Position numbers and translations under genes: made by a program. The notes beneath the pieces were generated by a model. It made no database searches and was not told the DNA's origin. It worked only from the letters and a program-made list of their open reading frames with translations. Positions 35,743-44,923 of a stretch of 64,000 nt of DNA are shown here, in pieces. Each line of letters opens with the position of its first letter. Positions within the stretch are counted from its first letter, which is position 1. The DNA is from a plasmid. The stretch is taken from sequence record NZ_CP086601.1; one strand, 5' to 3'.

Positions 35743-37124
35743 GCCCAGCACCGCCGCGGCGCTGGCCGCTGCACCCGCGCCCGGGTGCGCTGGAGTCGCT
35801 GTCGTCGTGGCTGAACCGGCTCGCCCGCATCTACGAGGTACCGGTACGGGAGCTGCTGGGACCGAATCTCGGTGTGCTGGTGGGCATCCCGGACGTTCTC
35901 GACGAGGATCCGCCCCCGGCGGTGTTCACCGCGCTGGCCGAACGCACCGGGGTGCCGGCCGCGCAGGTGCGGGCGATGACGCTGCCCGGGTGGGTGCCGT
36001 GGCTGTTGGACGCCTACCCGCTGCCCGAACGTGACGCCGAGGACGGCTTCTACACCTATGTCCGCCAATATTCGGTGCTGCTGGCACCGCGGGAGGCACC
36101 ACGGTTCGAGGTGACCCACCGTCGCCGCTGGCGGGGCCCATGGATTCCCGGGCGCCCGTTGCGGCGATCGTGCCCGCGGTGCGCGGCCGGGCCCGACCCG
36201 GCCCGCGCACTGATCTGGCAGTTGCCGCTCACGGTGAGCTGCCTCGAGCACCGCTGCCGGCTGGTGCTGGACACCGACACCCTCGCGGCCGAGATCGCAG
36301 GCCAGCCCTACCAGCCCGTTCCGGTCGGTGAAGCAGTGGCGGCCCTGGACGGCTACACCCGTCAAGCCCTCATCGATGCCACGGTGCGGTTGCCGGGCCG
36401 CACGATCCACGCCGGGGTGTGGTTCCGGCTGCTGCGCTGCCTGCTCGACGAACTCAGCCTCGCCGGTTCCACCGTCACCCGCGCCTCGCAGCGGCTTCTC
36501 GAACAGATCTGGGACGCGACGGGTGAACCAGTGCGCGCCGGGCTGGCGTTTTGGCAGCCGTACGAGAACCTGGAATGGTCCACCCAGGAGAAGCTGCTGA
36601 CCGCCGCCGCGACAGCACTGATGCTGGCCGCTGACCGGCGCATCCAGCCCCGGGGAACTCTGGCCTGGTTGCTGACCGAACCGCAACCGGTGCCCGTCTA
36701 CGACGGCGACCCACCACGGCCACCGACACCCGACCCGCCCGCACGGCCCCGCCGCGACCTCATGCAGACGATGGACGCCTGGTACGCGCGGGCCTGCATC
36801 GATGCCGACGCCGCCCGCAGCATGCTGCGGCTGCTGACCGCGCTCGATTCGAAACCGGCGCACGCCACCCGGCACCGCGACGTGCTGATCGGTGAGGGCA
36901 TCCCCGTACGATTCCTACGCGAGGATCTGTTGCTGTGCCCAGGCCGGCGCACCCCGGATGAGACCGAAACCCTGCTGGTGGCCGAGGGATTCGATCGCGG
37001 CGATGTGGCCCGGGAACTAGCCTGCTGCGTCGCCGAGGCGAAAGCACTGTGGGATGTGCCGGACGAAGGCGTGCTGATCGACGAGGACGAACTCGGCCAG
37101 ATCCGCACCCGCCTGGAGCTGTGA
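35739..37124 (+). CDS. tniQ: TniQ-like target-selection protein (RWPLHPRPGALESLSSWLNRLA.. ; Cys pairs CPRC..CLEHRC)
   Basis: GTGA overlap with tniB stop; 461 aa. Confidence 0.6.
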   Translation: MSPAPPRRWPLHPRPGALESLSSWLNRLARIYEVPVRELLGPNLGVLVGIPDVLDEDPPPAVFTALAERTGVPAAQVRAMTLPGWVPWLLDAYPLPERDAEDGFYTYVRQYSVLLAPREAPRFEVTHRRRWRGPWIPGRPLRRSCPRCAAGPDPARALIWQLPLTVSCLEHRCRLVLDTDTLAAEIAGQPYQPVPVGEAVAALDGYTRQALIDATVRLPGRTIHAGVWFRLLRCLLDELSLAGSTVTRASQRLLEQIWDATGEPVRAGLAFWQPYENLEWSTQEKLLTAAATALMLAADRRIQPRGTLAWLLTEPQPVPVYDGDPPRPPTPDPPARPRRDLMQTMDAWYARACIDADAARSMLRLLTALDSKPAHATRHRDVLIGEGIPVRFLREDLLLCPGRRTPDETETLLVAEGFDRGDVARELACCVAEAKALWDVPDEGVLIDEDELGQIRTRLEL

Positions 37125-38269
37125 CCGTGCCCCGATGGCCGGTACACCCGCGACCGGGGCCGATCGAATCGTTGTCGTCATGGCTGGAACGGCTCGCGAT
37201 GGTCTATCACCTGCCGGTGAAGGTGCTGCTGGAGGATCTGTGCGCCGACTCCGGGCTGAACATACGCATGATCTCGTCCCAGGTGCACGATCCGCCGCGA
37301 GCGATCCTGGTCGCGCTCGCCGACCGCACCGGCGTCCCGGTACCCCGGCTGGCGACGATGACCCTGTCCGGCTGGGTGCCGTGGCTGGTCGACAAACAGT
37401 GGCCGCGCGATTTCGAGCAGCAGGAGATGTTCGACAACTACGTGGGCCGCCACTCGGTGTTGCTGCTGCCCGGGACCATCGACCGCGACATCGCCCGCCG
37501 CACCAAATCCCGATGGGACGGGCCCTGGCTGCCGTACCCGCGCAGGCCGCGGGCCTGCCCGGTCTGCGCCACCGACCCGGACTCCGGCCGCGCGCTGGTG
37601 TGGGATCTGCCGCTGATGATCAGCTGTGTCACCCACCGCTGCCGCCTCGAACGCGCCGGCGCCGTCGCGATCGGCGACATCGCGGCCCCGGCCGCGGTGG
37701 ACGAGACGGTCACCACGATGGACGGCTACACCTACCAAGCACTCACCACCGGATTGGTGCGACTGCCGGGCCGCACCGTGCACGCCGGGGTGTGGTTCCG
37801 ACTGCTGCGCTGCCTGCTCGAAGAACTGTGCATCTCCCGCCTGGCGTGCAGCGCCCGCACGGGCGCGACACTCGAAACAATCTGGGAGACAATCGAACTC
37901 CCGATGCGCGGGCGGATCGCGATGCTGGAGCCCTACGAGTGCCTGGACCCCGAGACCCAGGAAACGCTGCTGCGCGCCGCGGCGCTGGCGCTGCGACTCG
38001 CAGCGTTGCGGCGCATTCCCGCGCTCGGCGAATTCGGGCCCGCCCTCGTACCGGCCCGGTGCCGGCCGGGCTCACCCGGGAACAGCCCGGTGCCGCCGTA
38101 CGCGCCGCCGCGTCGCCACCTGCTGAATCCGCCCCGCTGGTGGCCCGCCGCCCCGGTGCAGGCCGGACCACCACGGGACTGGTCACAGGTCGCTCGCCGT
38201 TATGCGCTCGAGCGAGGGTTCCCGGCATGGGTCTTCGGTGGGCTCACCGACGAACCCGGACTCGACTAG
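37121..38269 (+). CDS. second, paralogous TniQ-like protein (RWPVHPRPGPIESLSSWLERLA..; CPVC..CVTHRC)
   Basis: GTGA overlap with first tniQ; N-terminal about 300 aa colinear with upstream TniQ. Confidence 0.55.
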   Translation: MTVPRWPVHPRPGPIESLSSWLERLAMVYHLPVKVLLEDLCADSGLNIRMISSQVHDPPRAILVALADRTGVPVPRLATMTLSGWVPWLVDKQWPRDFEQQEMFDNYVGRHSVLLLPGTIDRDIARRTKSRWDGPWLPYPRRPRACPVCATDPDSGRALVWDLPLMISCVTHRCRLERAGAVAIGDIAAPAAVDETVTTMDGYTYQALTTGLVRLPGRTVHAGVWFRLLRCLLEELCISRLACSARTGATLETIWETIELPMRGRIAMLEPYECLDPETQETLLRAAALALRLAALRRIPALGEFGPALVPARCRPGSPGNSPVPPYAPPRRHLLNPPRWWPAAPVQAGPPRDWSQVARRYALERGFPAWVFGGLTDEPGLD

Positions 38270-39564
38270 CTGCCGGGGTGATCTGGGCACACCAGCCCAG
38301 CGTCGGTGGTTCGCCAGCGGCGCACCGACAGCCAGCGCCGGACCAGTGCCGGGATTTCGCCGGTGTCGCGGAATTCGGTGGCGTAGATGCCGGTGAGCAG
38401 GGGACCGCCGCAGTTGCACGCCGCGCATTCGATGTCGGCGATCGGCACGTCTCGGGGGCGGCACCGCTGGCAGTGGCGGGCCTCGATGAGGCCGCCGTCG
38501 TCGGCCGGTTCGAGCCAGACGACCTTGATGTCTTGCAGGAGTCGTCCGCGCTCGGAGGTGTCGGTGGTGGTGTAGCCGCAGATATCGTTTGGGCAGACCG
38601 CGGGAGGCTCGGGCAGGTTCATGCGAGCGGTCTGCTTGAGCCGCCACGCCAGATTCGGCCGCTCGCGCGCGAACTCCCGTGTGCTGCTGCTGATTTCAGC
38701 GTGTTCGCTGGCACCGTCGTCGTCCGCAGGTAGCGGCCGGACGGGATCGGGTTCGGGTGCGAGGCCAACGAGGTCGACCAGGCTGTTCGGTGCCGACTCC
38801 GCCACTATTGGCGTGGTGCCGCCCGGGGATCGGGGTCGGCCGTCGGCGGGATCACCGGCGGGGATATCGAGGGTTTGCGGTGTGGCGGTCGCGGTAGTGG
38901 TCGGTACGGCGTCCGGTGCCGGGTCTGCCGTGTCGACCTCTGCGGTGGTCGGTGCGGTGGTCGTGTGGGGTGGGTCGGCGGGGCCGGAGCGGGGCCGGGT
39001 GCCGATGCTGTTGCGGTCGAGGTGGCCGTAGAGGGTGCCGCGTTTGACGCCGAGGATGTCGGCGATCTGCTGGACGGTGTGACGGCCCTCGTCGTAGAGG
39101 CGCTGGGCCTGCTCGATCTGGTGGACGGTGAGCTTCGGCCGGCGGCCGCCGGTGCGACCGCGCGCCCGGGCGGCCTCGAGGCCGTCGCGGGTGTTGGCGA
39201 TGATCAGTTCCCGCTGGAACTCCGCCAGCACCGACAGCATGCCGAACATGGCGCGGCCTTCGGCGGTGTCGGTGTCGATGCCCTGTTCGAGGACTTTCAA
39301 CCCGATGCCGCGGGTGCGGAGATCGGCACCGAGGTTGACCAGGTGCAGCATCGACCGCCCGAGCCGGTCCAAGCGGGTGATGACGATGGTGTCGCCGGTG
39401 CGGGCGATCGTGAGCACGAGATCGAGTTTCGGGCGCGACGCCTTCGCGCCACTGGCAGTATCGATGTGGATGTCGGTCTCGCCGACTCCGGCGCGGCGCA
39501 GGGCGTCGATCTGGTGGGCGGGGTTCTGCTCGGCGGTCGACACCCGCCCGTAGCCGATCAACAT
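38266..39564 (-). CDS. tniR: serine recombinase (resolvase/invertase catalytic domain MLIGYGRVSTAEQ..) with about 280-aa C-terminal extension rich in Cys motifs (CPNDICGY, CQRC, ECAACNCGG, CPDH); convergent and 4-bp overlapping with tniQ'
   Basis: ORF 38266..39687; start chosen at conserved MLIGYGRVST. Confidence 0.6.
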   Translation of the reverse strand: MLIGYGRVSTAEQNPAHQIDALRRAGVGETDIHIDTASGAKASRPKLDLVLTIARTGDTIVITRLDRLGRSMLHLVNLGADLRTRGIGLKVLEQGIDTDTAEGRAMFGMLSVLAEFQRELIIANTRDGLEAARARGRTGGRRPKLTVHQIEQAQRLYDEGRHTVQQIADILGVKRGTLYGHLDRNSIGTRPRSGPADPPHTTTAPTTAEVDTADPAPDAVPTTTATATPQTLDIPAGDPADGRPRSPGGTTPIVAESAPNSLVDLVGLAPEPDPVRPLPADDDGASEHAEISSSTREFARERPNLAWRLKQTARMNLPEPPAVCPNDICGYTTTDTSERGRLLQDIKVVWLEPADDGGLIEARHCQRCRPRDVPIADIECAACNCGGPLLTGIYATEFRDTGEIPALVRRWLSVRRWRTTDAGLVCPDHPGS

Positions 39565-39584
39565 GATGTCGAAAATAGCCGAAA

Positions 39585-39700
39585 TATGGTTTGCCGACGT
39601 TGATTCCCGGCACGGGTTTCCGACACTCGTGTCCTGGTGTTTCTCCCGCTCACGCAAGGTTGTCGGCAAATGATCGTTTTCCGACAACCGCCATCCGGGT
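39585..39700. promoter_or_regulatory. cluster of four TTT(G/C)CGACA / TGTCGGCAAA repeats upstream of the recombinase gene (res and/or TniA-binding end repeats)
   Basis: 39591-39598, 39617-39626, 39661-39672 (rc), 39677-39686. Confidence 0.4.
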
Positions 39701-39845
39701 CGAACACGCTCCCAAACCAGGTTCGCGCCGAATCCGCCACGTCAGTACGAAGCAGGTTTCAGTTGGTTCAATTCATCGTTTGCCGCCTGACTTTAATCGA
39801 TGCCACACTGTGACCTGCACCAGGTCTACACAAGGAGTGTGCTGC

Positions 39846-40538
39846 ATGGCTGTCCGGTTCAAGCTCGGTTACTACTCGCCAGTCACTGACGATCCGCTGA
39901 ATCGGGAGTACGTCGGTTACTTTCCGCGTATGACCGAAGAGGAGGCATGGACAGCGGGCCGGGGAGTATGGAAGGCCAACAAGGAACGGCTAGCCCGGGA
40001 GAAGTTCGCCCTGATCATCGGTGATGGCCGGGTGTGCGCCGTTGGCGAGATCCATGGCGTGTCGGCGTATGAGGATCGGGTGGCCGTCGATGGGGAGGTG
40101 CTGGCCGAAGGTCATCCGGTCCGCGACGCCTGGATCGGCAAACCCGATCCGGTGGTCAACGCCTCACAGAACCCGGTCGGCTACTGCGACCTCCCCGAAG
40201 AAACGGAATTCCGGGAACGGCCCTGCGGCTGCGGGTGCGGGGAGATCTCCACCCGCGATTTCCTGCCCGGTCACGACGTGCGTGCCTTCCAGGACCGGGT
40301 ACGGCGCATGTTCGCCGGATCGGCACTGGAGTTCTTTCGCTGGGTCGATGCCATGGCCGGCGAGCACGGCCTGCCCGTGCTGGACATCCGTTCCAGGCCC
40401 GCCGCCACCGCGGTGCAGCTCCCGGAGCCCGACGATCAATCGCCGCAGGAGCCGGGAATCTCCTACGCCGGGCTCTCCGGTTCCGAAGAGTTGTTGCCCG
40501 GCAACGAATCCCGCGCGGAGAGCGGCGCGCACGGCTAG
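39846..40538 (+). CDS. hypothetical protein, 230 aa (AAGGAG RBS)
   Basis: MAVRFKLGYYSPVTDDPLNREYVGYFPRMTEEEAWTAGRGVWKANKERLAREKFALIIGDGRVCAVGEIHG.. Confidence 0.5.
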   Translation: MAVRFKLGYYSPVTDDPLNREYVGYFPRMTEEEAWTAGRGVWKANKERLAREKFALIIGDGRVCAVGEIHGVSAYEDRVAVDGEVLAEGHPVRDAWIGKPDPVVNASQNPVGYCDLPEETEFRERPCGCGCGEISTRDFLPGHDVRAFQDRVRRMFAGSALEFFRWVDAMAGEHGLPVLDIRSRPAATAVQLPEPDDQSPQEPGISYAGLSGSEELLPGNESRAESGAHG

Positions 40539-40548
40539 GGTTGCCGCC

Positions 40549-40974
40549 GTGGCTGACCGTGAGCAGAACTGGTACCCGACATCGAAGATCGGGTACTTCA
40601 CCGACCTGGTCCGCGAGGGTATCGACGTCACCCGCGGACAGATCGAGTTGTTCACCCCGGCGATGGCGCAGCCGTACCGGCTCGACGACGCCACCGTGAA
40701 CCGGGCCACCCGGGTCTATGAGAACCAGCACGCCGATCAGGTGCTGTTCCGCAACCAGGCCGACCGGTGGGCCGACGAAGCTGCCACCGCCGCTGAGAAG
40801 GCCGCTCTCACAACCTATGTGGCCGCCCTCGACGAACTCGACCGCCTCACCGATGACGTACTGCGCATGTGCGCGACGCTGTCACAGCAGACGATCGAGA
40901 AACTGCTGGCCAAAACCGATGCCGAAGCCGGGCTCGAGGCGCTGATGCGCCTGGTCGGAGACGGAGGGCCCTGA
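40549..40974 (+). CDS. hypothetical protein (GTG start)
   Basis: VADREQNWYPTSKIGYFTDLVREGIDVTRGQIELFTPAMAQPYRLDDATVNRATRVYENQ.. Confidence 0.4.
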   Translation: MADREQNWYPTSKIGYFTDLVREGIDVTRGQIELFTPAMAQPYRLDDATVNRATRVYENQHADQVLFRNQADRWADEAATAAEKAALTTYVAALDELDRLTDDVLRMCATLSQQTIEKLLAKTDAEAGLEALMRLVGDGGP

Positions 40975-41065
40975 CGGTAGACCCCCATCGGCGGAAACCC
41001 GCAACGATCCCTACCGGCCATCCTCGGATAGTCAGGCATATCGCCGGGGGTTGCGTCTTTCCTGG

Positions 41066-41422
41066 CTAGGCGGAGTGTGGAAGGTTGCGCAACGCCTGGA
41101 TCGCCTCGTCGACGGTGATCAGCTTCCGCTCCGGGTGCTCGGTCACCTCGAGCTGGTGATCGACCCATGCCCGCAGCAGGCTCGACACGTCGGTGCCCCG
41201 CGCCTTCGCCAGCTCGGCGAGCTTGTCCCGCTGGGCCTTGGAGAACCGCACAGTTGTCGGGATCAGCCCTGCGGACTCCACCTCGGCCGCGTCCGGCACG
41301 GGCAGCTCGGACACCTCGGCCGGTTCGCTGCTGCGGACCAGCTTCCCGGACAGGAAATCGCCCATCAGGTCGGCGTCGTCGGCCTGGGCGGTCAGTTCCT
41401 CGATTCGGCGTTCGATGCTCAT
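41066..41422 (-). CDS. brnA: ribbon-helix-helix (CopG-like) antitoxin, BrnA-like
   Basis: MSIERRIEELTAQ..RFSKAQRDKLAELAKARGTDVSSLLRAWV..; GGGAGG RBS; ATGA overlap with upstream toxin. Confidence 0.5.
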   Translation of the reverse strand: MSIERRIEELTAQADDADLMGDFLSGKLVRSSEPAEVSELPVPDAAEVESAGLIPTTVRFSKAQRDKLAELAKARGTDVSSLLRAWVDHQLEVTEHPERKLITVDEAIQALRNLPHSA

Positions 41423-41700
41423 TGCTGTGCCTCCCAAACGGTGTATTCGGCGTTCTCGTCCACCTCGAGGGGCCGAGCTGCGTAGATCAGCCACTCCCAC
41501 CGATCTACCTGGATCACCACCACCGCGACGGCGCGGGCCTCGCTCGTGCGGCCGAAGATCTGGAGCACCTGGGCGTCGACCTTCGACTCGATCCGCTGCG
41601 GCCACCGCCGCGGATACGCCAGCGCTTGCATGACCTCGGCTTTCGTGACGTCGTGCAGGTACACCGACTCGGCCACGTCGTCGCGAAAGTGATAACCCAC
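41419..41700 (-). CDS. brnT: BrnT (DUF497)-like toxin, 93 aa, GTG start
   Basis: ..QIFGRTSEARAVAVVVIQVDRWEWLIYAARPLEVDE.. resembles BrnT C-terminus from memory. Confidence 0.45.
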   Translation of the reverse strand: MGYHFRDDVAESVYLHDVTKAEVMQALAYPRRWPQRIESKVDAQVLQIFGRTSEARAVAVVVIQVDRWEWLIYAARPLEVDENAEYTVWEAQQ

Positions 41701-41937
41701 ACCTAGAGCATACAAGCGAATACGGCGATGTGGGTTGGTCGGCGCCCACAGCCCCGCGCGCGGACAGACCACCCGGGCCCCATCTGCGGGCGAGTGCTGG
41801 ACACCGCGGCACAACCGTGCCGTCCTCGGGCACTGGGCCTGCCGATACCGGGCAGCGGACCGGCAGGTTTGAGGCCCGGCGCCGCGGCTATGCGGGCAGT
41901 GCGAGCGTGACCGGATGCGCGCTCGGATCGGAGGGCG

Positions 41938-42497
41938 CCATGGTCGGGGTCACCGGCACGGTCATCATCTCCCGGCTGGTCACCGACGACGGCGGTCAGG
42001 TGGTGATCGAGGTGGGCGCACCGACCCGCGGCGGCGACGGCGCCGAGTGCGTCTTCCGCATCGATGATCAGGTGTCCTGTAGCCGCGGGGGCGACGAGCT
42101 GGCTGCGGTGTACGCCGCCGTCACCGAGATCGGGCAGCTGCTCGCGCGCGCTGACCGCGACGCCGCCCGCCTGCGGTTCGCCCTGTCGGCCGAACTCGGG
42201 TTCGCGGACCCTGCCTCGCCCGCCGACCCACCCGCCGCGGCGGACCTCGACGTGGCGTCGGGGGAGATCATCGCGCGCCGTGTGATCGAGCACGACGGCC
42301 GCCGCCACGTCATCACTGTCGAGCGCCCCGCCCGCTCGCCGGTGCACCAGCTCGCGTTGTGCCCGTTCACCGTCGACGACCGTCCCCGTGCCGTCGCAGG
42401 GGGATGGGACGGGATGGGAGCCTTCCTCACCGCGGTCGGGATGATCGGCTGCTGGCTGAACCTGCCCGCCGACTGGCCCACCGCAACCCTCGGTTGA
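41938..42497 (+). CDS. hypothetical protein, 186 aa
   Basis: MVGVTGTVIISRLVTDDGGQVVIEVGAPTRGGDGAECVFRIDDQVS.. Confidence 0.35.
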
Positions 42498-42531
42498 GGG
42501 TCGTGCCTGCATTTCGCGGCGCCCGTGTTGA

Positions 42532-43203
42532 TCAGCACCCGGGTGATGCCGCGCTGCCGGTGGCCGGGATGGGCGGTGACGTCGCGGAGGTAGGTGTCGC
42601 CGGGATCGCGGACGGTGTCCAGGGAGCCTCGGGCCGGATGCGCGGTGTGGGGCTTGGGGTGGCGTCCGGGGCGGGGGTGGTGGGGAGGCGATGGATGGAC
42701 AGCCCGGCAGGGGCCGCTTCGGCGAGCCGGCGACCGGTGGCGGGGGTGAGCAGTCCGGCGTGCGGGCCGGCGGCCAGGACGAGCTGATCGGCGTGGTGGA
42801 CCCGGCACAGTGCCAGCAGCGCGGTGGCGATCCGGTGATGGCGCGGGCGCAGCCCACGCCGGTAGGTCCAGGCCAGGGTGTGGACCTGCACGCCGCGGGT
42901 GAGCAGGCCGCGGCGATCGATGCGGGTCAGCAGCGGTGCCAGCGTGGCGGTGGTGGCGCGGGCGCGTTGGGTGTGCTGCCAGGCCACCAGGCGGGCGTTG
43001 AGGGTGAGCCGCGCCGGTGGGTGCAGGACCGCCACGACCAGCCGGTCGCCCGGGCGAAGCCGCGCGGCGGCGGCCGGCAGGGTGCGTACCGGTGCCGGGT
43101 CGGTGGCATCGACGGCGAGCACGAGCGTGGCGCCCGTGGGTGGGTCTTCGGATCCCGGGGCGGGTGCCCGGGTCGGGCGGGTGCGGTAGGGGGTGGTGGT
43201 CAT
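42532..43203 (-). CDS. universal stress protein (UspA)-like with P/T-rich C-terminal tail
   Basis: ..ATLVLAVDATDPAP..HADQLVLAAGPHAGLLTPATGRRLAEAAPAGLSIHRL.. Confidence 0.45.
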   Translation of the reverse strand: MTTTPYRTRPTRAPAPGSEDPPTGATLVLAVDATDPAPVRTLPAAAARLRPGDRLVVAVLHPPARLTLNARLVAWQHTQRARATTATLAPLLTRIDRRGLLTRGVQVHTLAWTYRRGLRPRHHRIATALLALCRVHHADQLVLAAGPHAGLLTPATGRRLAEAAPAGLSIHRLPTTPAPDATPSPTPRIRPEAPWTPSAIPATPTSATSPPIPATGSAASPGC

Positions 43204-43784
43204 CGGGTACTCCCGGCGGCGGCTGGCGGTGCGGTGGTGAGGGTGACCTCGCGGACCCCGGGCACGGTGCGGGCCAGGGCGGTGGCGATGCGGCGTTCGG
43301 AGGCGTCGGCGAAGTCCCCGGCGACGGTCACGCTGCCCTCGTGGGCGGTGGCGTGCCAGCGACGGGCGCCGGTGTAGTCGTCCAGGCGCGCCTGCGCGGC
43401 GGCGGTGAGTGTCTCGTCGGGACGCAGCATCAGCCGCAGCGCGTCACCGCGGCTGAACATGCCCTGGACCCGGCCGTGCTCGTCGAGCACCGGCAGCGAG
43501 CGCACCCCGTGGGCCAGCAGCATCGCGATCACCTCGCCCAGCTCCTGGTCGACGGTCGCGGCCAGCGCCGGGGTGCTCATCACCGCCGCGACCGTGACCC
43601 CGCCCTCGGGTTGCCCGGCGCGCAGGATGTCGCCGCTGGCGAGCACCCCGGCCAGGCGCTGGTCACGATCAAGCACCGGCAGCGCGGCGAACCCGCGCTG
43701 GGCCAGCGTCACCGCCGCCACCCGTACCGGGACATCGGCATCGACCATCACCACCGGACGGCACATCACCTCATGGACACGCAT
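43200..43784 (-). CDS. CBS-pair domain protein with C-terminal BON-like segment
   Basis: MRVHEVMCRPVVMVDADVPVRVAAVTLAQRGFAALPVLD.. Confidence 0.65.
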   Translation of the reverse strand: MRVHEVMCRPVVMVDADVPVRVAAVTLAQRGFAALPVLDRDQRLAGVLASGDILRAGQPEGGVTVAAVMSTPALAATVDQELGEVIAMLLAHGVRSLPVLDEHGRVQGMFSRGDALRLMLRPDETLTAAAQARLDDYTGARRWHATAHEGSVTVAGDFADASERRIATALARTVPGVREVTLTTAPPAAAGSTR

Positions 43785-43845
43785 TCTCCTCGACCTCCTC
43801 GGGCACGGTCGCCGGCGAAAACCACCGACACAAGAACCATAACTA

Positions 43846-44823
43846 GTGAAAAATATTTCGTCAATATTGACAACCGAACTCTATTTACTGCATTGTTGTG
43901 GCCTGATCTGGTGGGGCTGGGGTTCGGAGTTCGCCGCCCAGTACTTCGCCGGCTACGTCATCGAGAAATCCCTGGCCGTGGACAACGTGTTCGTCTTCGC
44001 CGTCATCTTCGCCTACTTCGCCGTGCCACGCGAGTACCAGCACCGGGTGCTGTTCTACGGCGTGCTCGGCGCGCTGGTCTTCCGCGGGGCGTTCATCGCC
44101 GCCGGATCCATCCTCATCGCCAGCTTCGCCTGGATCCTGTATGTGTTCGGCGCGTTCCTCGTGGCCACCGGCATCAAGATGGCCCGTCACCGCGACGAAA
44201 CCATCGACCCCGACAAATCCCTGGTCCTGCGCGGATTCCGGCGCCTGGTCCCGATGACCGAGGACTACCACGGCCAGAAATTCTGGGTCAAACAACACGG
44301 GCGCTGGGTCGCCACCCCGCTGCTGGCGGTGCTGGTGCTGGTCGAGACCACCGACATCGTCTTCGCCGTGGACTCCATCCCCGCCATCTTCGCCGTCACC
44401 AGCGAACCGTTCCTGGTGTTCACCTCCAACGCCTTCGCCATCCTCGGCCTGCGCGCGATGTACTTCCTGCTCGCCGACCTGATGCACCGCTTCATCTACC
44501 TCAAACTCGGCCTGGCCGTCGTGCTGGTCTGGGTCGGGGTCAAGATGCTGCTGCTCGAGATCTACAAGATCCCCACCACCGCCTCCCTGGCCGTGGTCAT
44601 CGCCATCCTCGCCGTCGCGGTCACCGCCAGCTGGATGCGCACCCGCACCAGCCCGGCCACCCCCGACCACGCCGACCCGGTCGACCAGGACGGGCCCGGC
44701 ACGCCGGAGACCGAAACCACCGGCCAGACCGCACGGATCGACGACCCCGCCCACGGCAAGACCCGCATCGACCCCACCCTGCTCACCGCGACCCGCCCCG
44801 AACACCGGGACCGGACACCCTGA
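43846..44823 (+). CDS. TerC-family integral membrane protein
   Basis: ..YFAGYVIEKSLAVDNVFVFAVIFAYFAVP.. Confidence 0.8.
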   Translation: MKNISSILTTELYLLHCCGLIWWGWGSEFAAQYFAGYVIEKSLAVDNVFVFAVIFAYFAVPREYQHRVLFYGVLGALVFRGAFIAAGSILIASFAWILYVFGAFLVATGIKMARHRDETIDPDKSLVLRGFRRLVPMTEDYHGQKFWVKQHGRWVATPLLAVLVLVETTDIVFAVDSIPAIFAVTSEPFLVFTSNAFAILGLRAMYFLLADLMHRFIYLKLGLAVVLVWVGVKMLLLEIYKIPTTASLAVVIAILAVAVTASWMRTRTSPATPDHADPVDQDGPGTPETETTGQTARIDDPAHGKTRIDPTLLTATRPEHRDRTP

Positions 44824-44923
44824 ACCAGCCCGCACCGACCGTCAGCTGCGCCCGGCCTGAGCGCCGCGCAGCTGACGGCACACCCCACCCCTACCCCCCG
44901 ATACCGGAAAGTGGATACCGGAA

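Larger units (their letters stand above)
32976..39686 (+). mobile_element. candidate Tn402/Tn5053-family-like (TniABQ) transposon, about 6.7 kb: outer termini TGTCGAAAATTGATTGATTC (32976-) and (rc) TGTCGGAAAACGATCATTTGCCGACA (39661-39686); four TTT(G/C)CGACA-type repeats at the right end, one at the left; boundaries +-30 bp
   Basis: gene content tniA-tniB-tniQ-tniQ' plus convergent serine recombinase; TGTCG.. termini as in Tn402 IRs (from memory). Confidence 0.45.

Noticed and set aside
41703..42857. 384-aa minus-strand ORF
   Set aside because: Pro/Arg/Ala low-complexity translation overlapping a plus-strand ORF with normal composition. Judged an antisense artefact.
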